A stretch of DNA of 38,583 nucleotides from an uncultured Pseudomonadota bacterium (GTDB taxonomy: Bacteria; SAR324; NAC60-12), in the NCBI GenBank assembly GCA_913020725.1, contig CAJWCD010000013.1:1-38583 (forward strand). The letters run 5' to 3'. Position numbers and translations under genes: made by a program. The notes beneath the pieces are model-generated. The model made no database searches and was not told where the DNA came from. It was given only the letters and a program-made list of their open reading frames with translations. Positions 1 through 8,382 of this stretch are shown here, one piece after another (the first letter of the stretch is position 1; the number at the start of each line of letters is the position of its first letter).

Positions 1-248
1 AATTAATTGATATTCAACAATATTTATTAGATGTCACCGCCGGGCATAGTGTTCGATTTTTAATGGATTTTACTATAATAATGGATAGCCATCCGATTAA
101 GTTCGGTTTTCTTGTCAGGCACGCGAATTTGTGACACTTCTTGTAAATGTGTCACAGCCCCCTCAACGTGCCACACAAATGCTCTGCTGAAATCATGGGA
201 GGTGGTGTGACTCCGGAAAGGGCTGGGAGCGGAGCCCAGCCGTGATTT

Positions 249-670
249 TCAGCTTCGTTTCAAGAGCAGCAGGTTCCCGGTCAGAGTGAGGCCCACGCCA
301 AGGAGAGCGGGGAGGGTCCAAGCGTAGCTCTCGAAGAGGGTGGAGAGGCCGAGGGCAACGAAGGGGAAGAGCAAGGTGGCCACGAAGTCAAAGCTCTTTC
401 CGGACACGAACACCATCTACAGCATCAATCCTGCTCCGTAGGTCATCGCCCAAGCGTTGGACGACATCACCGAGATTCCAACCTTTTTGTTGCGGGCGGA
501 GGCGATGTTGCCGAGTGAGGCGAGAAGGGTGGCCACAACGGACAGCCCAAGTCCATACAATCCAGACTCGTTGGCCTCAAAGTTTTGCACCTCCGGCCAG
601 AAAACGAGACCAATTTCGCACAGCCCAACCCCGCCCCCAGCAGTACCCTGCGATCTGGCGGATGCCGAAT
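249..670 (-). pseudogene. EamA/DMT family transporter remnant (C-terminal half)
   Basis: Minus-strand reading RHPPDRRVLLGAG / frameshift / LCEIGLVFWPE...ATLLASLGNIASARN...NAWAMTYGAGLML*(TAG 417-419)MVFVSGKSFDFVATLLFPFVALGLSTLFESYAWTLPALLGVGLTLTGNLLLLKRS*(249-251). These are EamA motifs with an in-frame stop, a frameshift, an apparent internal deletion and no 5' end. Confidence 0.85.
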
Positions 671-765
671 CCACGATCTCCAGTTGCACAACTCTTTGTG
701 CGAGCAGCCGGAGCGTCCAGTTGGCGAAGCCCTTGGGGGGGCTGCCCAGCCGCATCGCTGGAGGT

Positions 766-1062
766 CGGAGTCTGCTGGTGAACGTACTCAACCTTGCCGT
801 GGAAACCTGGGAAACGGGAACCGACAAAACCAAAGCGGACCTCGCGCAGGAAAGCGGGCAGCGGGGCACCCATCTCGAAAAAATCGGAACTTGGCGCACC
901 CGCAGCTTGGACAAGTACCTCCCCCAAAAACCGCACTGGCGCAAGGCCGTGCAGACCGCCCGCCATGTGCTGCACCACACCCCGGAGGGCCGGCCTCTGC
1001 GCACCTCACTGACCGAACGGCTGGAGGAACTGGAGTCGATGCTCCACCACTCCCGGTTTTGA
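766..1062 (+). pseudogene. Remnant of a ChiS-type C-terminal DNA-binding domain
   Basis: RSLLVNVLNLAVETWETGTDKTKADLAQESG...WRTRSLDKYLPQKPHWRKAVQTARHVL resembles the recalled ChiS DBD pattern (NLA..W...T..TKADLA..SG.W......RT.TLD.YL....P.KP.W). No credible start codon or upstream domains. Confidence 0.65.
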
Positions 1063-1079
1063 GGAAGCGGCCTTTGGGG

Positions 1080-1487
1080 TCAGTTGGATGGAGCGCTGTC
1101 TGATGGCAGGGGCGGTGCTTCCTTTTGCTCCAGAGCCGACGAGGGTTTTTCCTCTGCCACCGGGAGCGTCACCGCCTCTTGCCCGGTGGAGGCAGGCGCG
1201 GCCTGCTGGGTGGTTGGAATCGTGGGGGTTGTCTCCAACTCACGAACAACCGAATCCTTGGAGGTTTCGGAGGAGAGGAACGCAAGGGAGAGCGAAGTCA
1301 GCATGAAGACAATGGCGACTCCAGTGGTGATCTTGCCCACGCCCGTCATTTGCCCCCGGACAGAATTGGCCTGCCCCACGCCGCCAAAGGCTGCGCCAAG
1401 CTCGGCACCGCGTCCGGATTGCAGGAGGACGAAGAAAATGATCATCAGGCAAGCAACGACGTGAATGATCAGCAGCAATGTGAACAT
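1080..1487 (-). CDS. secG: Preprotein translocase subunit SecG
   Basis: VLLQSGRGAELGAAFGG motif, two TM helices, conserved position downstream of tpiA. Confidence 0.95.
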   Translation of the reverse strand: MFTLLLIIHVVACLMIIFFVLLQSGRGAELGAAFGGVGQANSVRGQMTGVGKITTGVAIVFMLTSLSLAFLSSETSKDSVVRELETTPTIPTTQQAAPASTGQEAVTLPVAEEKPSSALEQKEAPPLPSDSAPSN

Positions 1488-1693
1488 GGTGTGTTTTAGT
1501 AATTCAAGTTTGGTTTGGTGAAAGCATTCAGGATTCAGTACTCAGAAATTTTAGCATCTCAATTTACGCAAGCTTCCAAATCCGGACACTTCGTGCGGCA
1601 ATCTCAGCATTTTGCGTAAATCCTAAGAAAAAAGACTAAAGACCAGTGCATTGCACTAAATGGCAAAGACTCCTGACTCCTGAATTCTTCTGA

Positions 1694-2446
1694 TTAACCG
1701 CCAGCAAGGACGATCCGGCGGAAATCCTCCGGCTTGAGGCTGGCTCCGCCCACAAGCGCCCCGTCAATGTCAGACTGACCCAGCAGGGTTTCGGCGTTTC
1801 CAGCGTTGACGCTCCCGCCGTAAAGGATTTGCAAATTAGCGGCGATTTCCGCAGAGGCCAAATTAGCGGCTTCCTGCCGAATCACCTGGTGCATGGCGTT
1901 CGCTTGTTCTGGAGTCGCGGTGCGGCCTGTGCCAATCGCCCAAACCGGCTCGTAGGCCACCACGCAGCGTCCGAGGTCATCCGGATTGAGTTCGGCCAGC
2001 CCTTGGCGCAACTGCCGGATCACCACGGCTTCGTGAACGTCCTGTTCGCGCTCCTCCAGCACTTCGCCCACGCACAGCACGGGGCGGATGGCGTGTTGCA
2101 GCAGAATGCCGATTTTCTGGCGGATGAACTCGTCTGTTTCGGCAAACAAGCTGCGGCGCTCCGAGTGCCCGACAATGCAAACCTGCACTCCGGATGCCTG
2201 CAAGATCGTAGCGGGAACCTCGCCCGTGAAGGCTCCGGACGTTTGTGTGTGCACGTTTTGCGCACCCACAAGAATCCGCGAACCCTGTACCGTCTCGCAA
2301 ACCACCGGGATCAGCGGAAAGGGTGGACAGAGGGCGATTTCGCAGCTCGTGCGCTCCAGTTCTGGACGCAGTGCCGCAAACAACTCGGACGCCAGCACCG
2401 CTGAGCCGTGCATCTTCCAGTTTCCTGCGATCAGTTTTTTCCGCAA
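1694..2446 (-). CDS. tpiA: Triosephosphate isomerase
   Basis: IAGNWKM, GHSERR, AYEPVWAIGTG, YGGSV, LVGGASL; probable TTG start at 2446. Confidence 0.97.
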   Translation of the reverse strand: MRKKLIAGNWKMHGSAVLASELFAALRPELERTSCEIALCPPFPLIPVVCETVQGSRILVGAQNVHTQTSGAFTGEVPATILQASGVQVCIVGHSERRSLFAETDEFIRQKIGILLQHAIRPVLCVGEVLEEREQDVHEAVVIRQLRQGLAELNPDDLGRCVVAYEPVWAIGTGRTATPEQANAMHQVIRQEAANLASAEIAANLQILYGGSVNAGNAETLLGQSDIDGALVGGASLKPEDFRRIVLAGG

Positions 2447-2587
2447 TCCCAATTTCGGCTCAAGTGCAAAACAGATCAATTTAGCAAATTTGCTTGGAAA
2501 CTCAAGCGAATCCGGAAAATCGGGACTTCAGACTGCGAGTTGCATTTTGTTCAAGTTCTGGTCATCCTGATGCTTTTGGAGGAAATC

Positions 2588-2887
2588 ATGAGCTTGGACG
2601 AACTAAGAGCGCAGATAAACGAGATTGATGCAGATCTGCTGGCACTGATCAACCGCCGGGCACGATGTGTGGTAGAAATTGGAGAAATCAAGCGCCGCAC
2701 ACAGGCAGCGGTGCTGGTTCCGGAGCGGGAGCAGGAGTTGTTCGCTCGGCTGGTGGAACTCAACGAAGGGCCGATCAGCGAGGTCATGCTACGCCAGATT
2801 TTTCAGGAAATCATCAACACCCTCAAAGTGCTCCAACGTCCGGGAAAGGACTCGTCCGCAGAAGTTCCGGAACTGCGGGTCAGTTGA
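2588..2887 (+). CDS. Monofunctional chorismate mutase (AroQ/type II)
   Basis: LDELRAQINEIDADLLALINRRA..V.EIGEIK...VLVPEREQE; GGAGGA RBS before ATG 2588. Confidence 0.85.
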   Translation: MSLDELRAQINEIDADLLALINRRARCVVEIGEIKRRTQAAVLVPEREQELFARLVELNEGPISEVMLRQIFQEIINTLKVLQRPGKDSSAEVPELRVS

Positions 2888-3392
2888 CCTTCAGCAGTTC
2901 CACCTCGAAGCGCAGAACGGCGTTGGGTGGAATGAGATCAGGCACTCCCTGCTCGCCATAAGCGAGGTGTGGCGGGACGACCAGCTCCCATTTTGCGCCC
3001 TCCCGCATGAGTTGCAGGGCTTCTGTCCAGCCCGAAATCAACCCGTTCACCGGGAAACTGATCGGCTTGCCGCGTCGGTAGGAACTGTCGAACTCGGACC
3101 CCTCCACCAACAGGCCCCGATAGTGGACCAACACAGTCGAGGCGGCGGTGGGTTGGGCACCTGTGCCCTCCTGAAGGATGCGATATTGCAGGCCACTGTC
3201 GGTGACGATCACGCCTACTTGCTGAGGGTTGCTTTCCAAAAGTTCTTGATTTTGCTGCATAAATTTTCCCGTGGCTACTTGAATGGCTTTTTGTTTTTCC
3301 GGATCAAAGCGACCTTCAAGGAGAAAATAACCCGTCAGGACCGCGCCAACGATCATGAGTGCAATGGCGAGGGGACGCTTGAGGCGTTTCAT
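2880..3392 (-). CDS. FKBP-type peptidyl-prolyl cis-trans isomerase, N-terminal membrane anchor
   Basis: SGLQY, VHYRG, FDSSY.RG.P, LISGWTEALQLM, PPHLAYG, IPPNAVLRFEVEL; start uncertain (3392 or 3413). Confidence 0.95.
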   Translation of the reverse strand: MKRLKRPLAIALMIVGAVLTGYFLLEGRFDPEKQKAIQVATGKFMQQNQELLESNPQQVGVIVTDSGLQYRILQEGTGAQPTAASTVLVHYRGLLVEGSEFDSSYRRGKPISFPVNGLISGWTEALQLMREGAKWELVVPPHLAYGEQGVPDLIPPNAVLRFEVELLKVN

Positions 3393-3538
3393 AGAGAACT
3401 TTTCCGTCAGCAAATACGGTTTGATTTTCCAGATTTTTCAGGTCAGGTGCAATGCGATTGGAAAAATACGGCCCCTGAATTTTTGAAATCCCCACTCAAC
3501 AACCCAAGACTCTCTCTGCCTAAACGCCCCTTTTCTGC

Positions 3539-4441
3539 ATGAACCTCACGACATTACGGTCCTCCAAGTCCACGAGAGGGCTGGCCTTCATGGGACTGGC
3601 CCTGATCGGAGGTGGATGCTTTGCCCTGCCCTATCAACACGCCCTCAACACGCTCGAGCCGCTCACGGCGGTGTATGGCGTGTTTATCTGGGCCTTGCTG
3701 TTTTCCGCGCCCGGCGCATGGGCGTTGCGGCGCAACACGCGATTTTCACCAAAGGTGGCGCTGTTGCTCATCGCTATTTCCTTGTCCGGAGTGTTGGGAA
3801 ACTTCGCGGTCTGCACCGCCCTACAAGGCGGTTCGCCCACGCTGGTGATCATTGTCAGCCGCATCGAGATCGTGCTGGCTTTGCTGTTGGGCTGGGGATT
3901 GCTGCGCGAGGTCGTGGCCCCCAAGGTGTGGGTGGCGGTCGGCATCATGCTGCTGGGCATCACCCTGATACGTCACGACTCCCTCAGCATCGAGGACGGC
4001 TCCGGGGGCTTCGTGCTTTGGGCGTTGATCACGGCCTTCAGCTTCGCGCTGATGCAGGTGCTCTCAAAGCTTATCATCAGCCAAATCGACCCGCAGGCGC
4101 TCAACGTCTGCCGCCTGATGATCGCACTGGCAGTCCTCAGCGTGGTTCCGGGAGTGCTGGGGCAGGTGCAGGCGATGCCCTTGGCCACCTGGGGTTGGCT
4201 GGGACTGGCAGCGTTTTTCGGACCTTTCCTTGGGCGCGTCGCCTACACTTACGCCCTGCGCGACCTCACCATTGCCAAGGCCATGACTATCGGCACCTTC
4301 GCTCCGGTGCTGACGCTGTTGCTGGAGTACCTCTTGTTCGGACGGGTGTTGCGGTGGTTCGAGCTTTCCGGCGGAGCCTTGGTGATGAGCGGAATTCTAC
4401 TGTCCTTCCTTCGGCTCTCGTTTTTCAGACGGCAGTTCTGA
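3539..4441 (+). CDS. DMT/EamA family transporter
   Basis: 300 aa, about 10 hydrophobic helices, two EamA-like repeats (LLLGWGLLREV; LLEYLLFGRVL). Confidence 0.85.
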   Translation: MNLTTLRSSKSTRGLAFMGLALIGGGCFALPYQHALNTLEPLTAVYGVFIWALLFSAPGAWALRRNTRFSPKVALLLIAISLSGVLGNFAVCTALQGGSPTLVIIVSRIEIVLALLLGWGLLREVVAPKVWVAVGIMLLGITLIRHDSLSIEDGSGGFVLWALITAFSFALMQVLSKLIISQIDPQALNVCRLMIALAVLSVVPGVLGQVQAMPLATWGWLGLAAFFGPFLGRVAYTYALRDLTIAKAMTIGTFAPVLTLLLEYLLFGRVLRWFELSGGALVMSGILLSFLRLSFFRRQF

Positions 4442-6038
4442 GTAATTCGTTTTGAGCCAGCCCAATGCCCCGGAAGAGGTCGGAGGCCGTCAGCGCCGTA
4501 GGGGGTAGCCCCTCTTGAACAAGCTGATCGGCGGCGAGTCCGTGGAGATAGACCCCGACAAGGGCGGCGGCGAGGGGGGAGCAGCCCTGCGCAAGCAAGC
4601 CGCCGATCATGCCGCTGAGGACATCTCCGGACCCAGCGGTGGCGAGCCCTGCATTGCCTGTGGGATTGAGGAAGACGGCGCCATCCGGAGCGGCGACCAC
4701 GGTGCGTGATCCCTTCAGCACCAGCACAACTCCCCACGCTTGCGCCCAGCGGCGGGTAGTGGCGATCCGGGACGCCTGAATTTCAGCAACGCTCTGTCCG
4801 CACAACCTTGACAACTCCTTGGGGTGCGGAGTGATCACCGTTGGTCCGGAGCATTCCACCAAATCCTGTCCGCTCAAGTGGTTCAAACCGTCGGCATCCA
4901 CCAACAGTGGCGCCTCGGTTTCCATGACAAACGTCCGGACGAACTCCCCGGTTTCGGAGTGATTGCCAAGACCACAACCCAACACAACCGCATTGCGTGA
5001 AGTGGCATGGCTTAGGGCGGCATCCGTGTGTTCCGGCGTGAGAAAATCTGGAGAACCCGGCGAGGAGAGCGTCATCACTTCGGGCGGCTGGCTGGGCAAA
5101 CCATCCCGGAAACGTTCGGGCACAAAGGCGGAGACGAGGCCAGTCCCGGATTTGAGGGCAGCGGTGGCGGCAAGAGTTGCAGCCCCGCCCATGCCTGCCG
5201 AGCCGCAAACCGTGAGCAGGTGTCCGAAATAACCCTTGTGCGAATCGTCCGGAACGTCGGGGAGCAAACTTGAGATCGCCTGCCGAGTGAGCTGCCATAT
5301 TCTGGGACCCTGCTCTGACCAGTGCGGTGGGATGGAAATATCCGGAATCGTGATTTTCCCGCAAAACTCGGCTCCGGGCTGTTGGAAGCATCCTGGTTTG
5401 CCGATCTGGAAGCAGACCGTGTGATGGCAGCGCACCGCGACTCCGTGCAGGCGACTGTCGTCGGAATTGATGCCGGACGGCACATCGAGCGCAACACGGA
5501 GGGCACGGGAGTTGGCATTGATCGTCTCAATCCATTCGTGATGGGCACCTTCGATTTTTCGCTCCAAACCAATGCCAAAAATCGCGTCGAGGATCACGTC
5601 GGCTCGCTCCAGCCAGCGTATGGCTTCTGGACTCGGAAAGGATACACTCTCGCCGAAATGAGACCAGAGGTGCTGGTTGGTGCGGGCGTCATCGGTTTTG
5701 GCCTCGCCTGCGTCAATCACGGAAACGTGAAAGCCCCGATTGACGAGCAGTCGTGCAACCGCAAAACCGTCCCCACCGTTGTTGCCCCGTCCACAGCAGA
5801 CCACCACCCTTGCTTCCGGACGTTCCCGCAGGATTTCGGCTTCCACAAGATCGGCCACGCTGCGGGCGGCGTTTTCCATGAGGATGAGCCCCGGAATTCC
5901 CAGTGCCTCGATGGCGTGTTGGTCCATGGCCCGCATTGTTCCCGAGTCGGCCAAACGCTGAAACTGTTTCCACGGCAGGTTTGGATCGTGCCATGCAGGT
6001 CCGGGATGCTTGGCAAAATCGTCGGCAGGATCAGACAT
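4425..6038 (-). CDS. nnr: Bifunctional NAD(P)H-hydrate epimerase/dehydratase (YjeF/Nnr)
   Basis: LMENAA, CGRGNNGGDG, DAIFGIG, DVPSG, HKGYFG, DADGLN, TPHPKEL, LATAGSGDVLSG. Confidence 0.95.
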   Translation of the reverse strand: MSDPADDFAKHPGPAWHDPNLPWKQFQRLADSGTMRAMDQHAIEALGIPGLILMENAARSVADLVEAEILRERPEARVVVCCGRGNNGGDGFAVARLLVNRGFHVSVIDAGEAKTDDARTNQHLWSHFGESVSFPSPEAIRWLERADVILDAIFGIGLERKIEGAHHEWIETINANSRALRVALDVPSGINSDDSRLHGVAVRCHHTVCFQIGKPGCFQQPGAEFCGKITIPDISIPPHWSEQGPRIWQLTRQAISSLLPDVPDDSHKGYFGHLLTVCGSAGMGGAATLAATAALKSGTGLVSAFVPERFRDGLPSQPPEVMTLSSPGSPDFLTPEHTDAALSHATSRNAVVLGCGLGNHSETGEFVRTFVMETEAPLLVDADGLNHLSGQDLVECSGPTVITPHPKELSRLCGQSVAEIQASRIATTRRWAQAWGVVLVLKGSRTVVAAPDGAVFLNPTGNAGLATAGSGDVLSGMIGGLLAQGCSPLAAALVGVYLHGLAADQLVQEGLPPTALTASDLFRGIGLAQNELLRTAV

Positions 6039-7134
6039 GGGAAGCCTCGTCAATGCGTTCGGTGTGGAAGCGATACTCGTGCCGATCTTCCTCCTTGAGC
6101 GTTTCGACCAACTGCTTCACATCCTGAGTGCGCCGCAGGTCGCAGACCAAGAGGGCGTCCTCGGTTTCGACGATGACAAGATTTTCCACGCCGATGCTCG
6201 TGACCAGCTTCTTGCCGCTGATGATCAGTGAATTGCGCGTGTCCCGGCAAATGACGTTGCCCCGCAGCACATTGCCGTTCGTGTCCTTCTCCGAAACTTG
6301 ATGCAGGCTTTCCCAACTGCCGAGGTCGCTCCAAGCAATGTCCACAGGCAGTACCGCGACGCGCTGCGATTTTTCCATCACCGCGTAGTCAATCGAAATG
6401 CTTGCAGTGGCTGCAAACACCTGTGCAACTGCTTCTGGGGTGGGTGATTTTCCCGCGTGTGGTCGTAACGGTTCAAATGCCTCGAAAAGCTTTGGCGCGT
6501 GTTGCCGGAATTCTTGGAGAAAGGTGGCGGCGGTGGCGAGAAAGATGCCCGCATTCCAGGTGTAGTCCGGGGAGTTTGCCAGCCGTTGGGCGGTTTCGGC
6601 ATCCGGCTTCTCGACGAAGCGGGAAACCCGGAACCCCACTGAAAGAGGGGCTCCCGACTGGATGTAGCCGTAGCCGGTTTCCGGGTGGTCGGGGCGGATG
6701 CCAAATGTGATCAGCCAGCCCTCTTCCGCCAGTGGGACTGCGCTGCGAACCGCCTCCACAAAACCTTCCGGATTTCCAATGAGATGATCGGCAGAGACCA
6801 CCAGCAGCGGTTCGTCCTGCTGATCCTCCGGAATCTGGAGCGCCCCCCACAGTACCGCCGGAGCGGTGTTGCGGCCAACGGGTTCCAGCAAAACATGGTC
6901 GTCCGGAAACCCTGAAACCATCTGTGCCAACTGGAGTCGCAACTCATGCTCGTGGGACTGGGAACCGATCACCCAGAGGTTTTTCGGAGGAACGAGCGGG
7001 GCGAGACGCTGACAGGTTTCTTGAAAAAGTGACTCGTGCGTGGCTCCCAAGGCAAGGAACTGTTTGGGACTCATGGTGCGGCTGTAAGGCCAGAGGCGAG
7101 TGCCGCTGCCGCCAGCAAGAAGAATCGCGTACAT
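6031..7134 (-). CDS. manC: Mannose-1-phosphate guanylyltransferase (GMP domain only)
   Basis: LAGGSGTRLWP.SR, EPVGRNTAPA, ETGYGYI, FVEKPD, WNAGIF, SIDYAVMEKS, WSDLGSW; no C-terminal PMI cupin. Confidence 0.92.
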   Translation of the reverse strand: MYAILLAGGSGTRLWPYSRTMSPKQFLALGATHESLFQETCQRLAPLVPPKNLWVIGSQSHEHELRLQLAQMVSGFPDDHVLLEPVGRNTAPAVLWGALQIPEDQQDEPLLVVSADHLIGNPEGFVEAVRSAVPLAEEGWLITFGIRPDHPETGYGYIQSGAPLSVGFRVSRFVEKPDAETAQRLANSPDYTWNAGIFLATAATFLQEFRQHAPKLFEAFEPLRPHAGKSPTPEAVAQVFAATASISIDYAVMEKSQRVAVLPVDIAWSDLGSWESLHQVSEKDTNGNVLRGNVICRDTRNSLIISGKKLVTSIGVENLVIVETEDALLVCDLRRTQDVKQLVETLKEEDRHEYRFHTERIDEASHV

Positions 7135-7304
7135 CCGGTGAAACGGAACGGGGTTGCAAAATTGCCCGAAGTGGGAGTCCTCAAATTATGCGGGAAATCG
7201 CCTCACACGACAACCCCATGCTGGATTTTAGTGTTTTATCTTGCTACATTATCGGAGTCTATGGTGCGATAGCACGGTTAAATTTTTTCTTTATACACGA
7301 AGGG

Positions 7305-8210
7305 ATGTCCGAAAAAACCACTCATTTGGCCCAGGTCACTGCCGCCCAGCCCAGTCGGTTGGCTGACTTTGTGGTGCTGACCAAGCCGCGACTGCTGGTT
7401 ATGGTGCTGGTGAGCACCTGCATCGGCTACGCCTTGGCCGAACCCGTGCAGCACAATCCCCTGCTGATTTTGGGCATGGTGATCGGTACGGGATTAGTGG
7501 GCGCCGCAGCCCATGTTTTCAATCAGTGCTGGGAGGTGAAGCGCGATGCGCTCATGCACCGCACCCGCAACCGTCCCCTGCCTGAAGGACGCATTGCACT
7601 GGAGGAAGCCTTCTGGCTGGGAATGAGTCTGGCCGTTTCCGGACTGTTGCTCTTGGTGTGGAGCGTGAACCTGCTGACCGCGCTACTGGGGTTGGTGACG
7701 TTGCTTTCCTACATTCTTGCGTACACACCCCTCAAATCTCTCACTCCTGCAAACACATGGGTGGGTGCCGTGACTGGTGCCTTGCCGCCTGTGATGGGCT
7801 GGACTGCCGCGACCGGAGAGTTGAGTTGGTCCGCACTTCCGATCTTCTTACTGCTCTACTTCTGGCAACTGCCCCACTTCTTTGCCATCGCGTGGATGTA
7901 CCGCGAGGACTACGCACGCGGCGGCTTCCGGATGCTCTCCCACAATGATCCGCATGGACGGCGCACGGCATGGCACACTTTGATCAACTGCGTGCTGCTG
8001 CTGCTGGCGAGTGTTTCGATCTACTGGGCGGGGCAGGCGGGTTTGATTTACTTGGTCAGCTCAACCCTGCTCGGATTTGGTGTCTTGGGGTATGCCGTGT
8101 GGTTTTTCTGGAGCCGGACCTACGTAAATGCACGGAGAGTGTTTTTGATGACAATTATTTATTTTCCGGTACTATGTATTGTGGTCATTCTGGACCGAAT
8201 TCTGCTCTAA
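7305..8210 (+). CDS. ctaB: Protoheme IX farnesyltransferase (heme O synthase)
   Basis: LTKPR, DALMHRTRNRPLP.G, YTPLK, WQLPHFFAIAWMYREDY; ATG at 7305. Confidence 0.95.
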   Translation: MSEKTTHLAQVTAAQPSRLADFVVLTKPRLLVMVLVSTCIGYALAEPVQHNPLLILGMVIGTGLVGAAAHVFNQCWEVKRDALMHRTRNRPLPEGRIALEEAFWLGMSLAVSGLLLLVWSVNLLTALLGLVTLLSYILAYTPLKSLTPANTWVGAVTGALPPVMGWTAATGELSWSALPIFLLLYFWQLPHFFAIAWMYREDYARGGFRMLSHNDPHGRRTAWHTLINCVLLLLASVSIYWAGQAGLIYLVSSTLLGFGVLGYAVWFFWSRTYVNARRVFLMTIIYFPVLCIVVILDRILL

Positions 8211-8227
8211 CTGTACGGAGTTGTTGA

Positions 8228-8332
8228 ATGAGTGAGCAAAACGAAGCAGAGGTCTTGACCTCGAAAGTGTTTTGGGTCGTGTTTTCGGGTGCGGTCCTTT
8301 TCATGCTGTCTGTTATTCTGTTTATCTTATGA
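8228..8332 (+). CDS. Small single-TM protein (34 aa) between ctaB and coxII
   Basis: GGAG at 8217-8220, then ATG 8228: MSEQNEAEVLTSKVFWVVFSGAVLFMLSVILFIL*. Below the ORF-track length cut-off. Confidence 0.7.
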   Translation: MSEQNEAEVLTSKVFWVVFSGAVLFMLSVILFIL

Positions 8333-8382
8333 ACCTGCGCAGCCCATGCTGCGCATCCTGAATCTGAGTCTCTAGGCGGAAC

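Noticed and set aside
130..156. Canonical CRP site that would tie in with the adenylate cyclase
   Set aside because: TGTGA-TCACA spacing is 17 nt, not 6.
417..419. In-frame TAG in the EamA reading frame as possible read-through or pyrrolysine codon
   Set aside because: The same gene also has a frameshift, an internal deletion and no 5' end, so ordinary decay explains it.
960..1080. tRNA-Leu often found downstream of secG
   Set aside because: No cloverleaf or T-loop GTTCGA motif is visible there; the region reads as protein-coding remnant.
6924..7304. Long N-terminal extension on ctaB in the ORF track (likewise topA, cheA, MBL hydrolase, chorismate mutase, coxIII')
   Set aside because: The extensions overlap neighbouring real genes or promoters; family homology begins at downstream starts.
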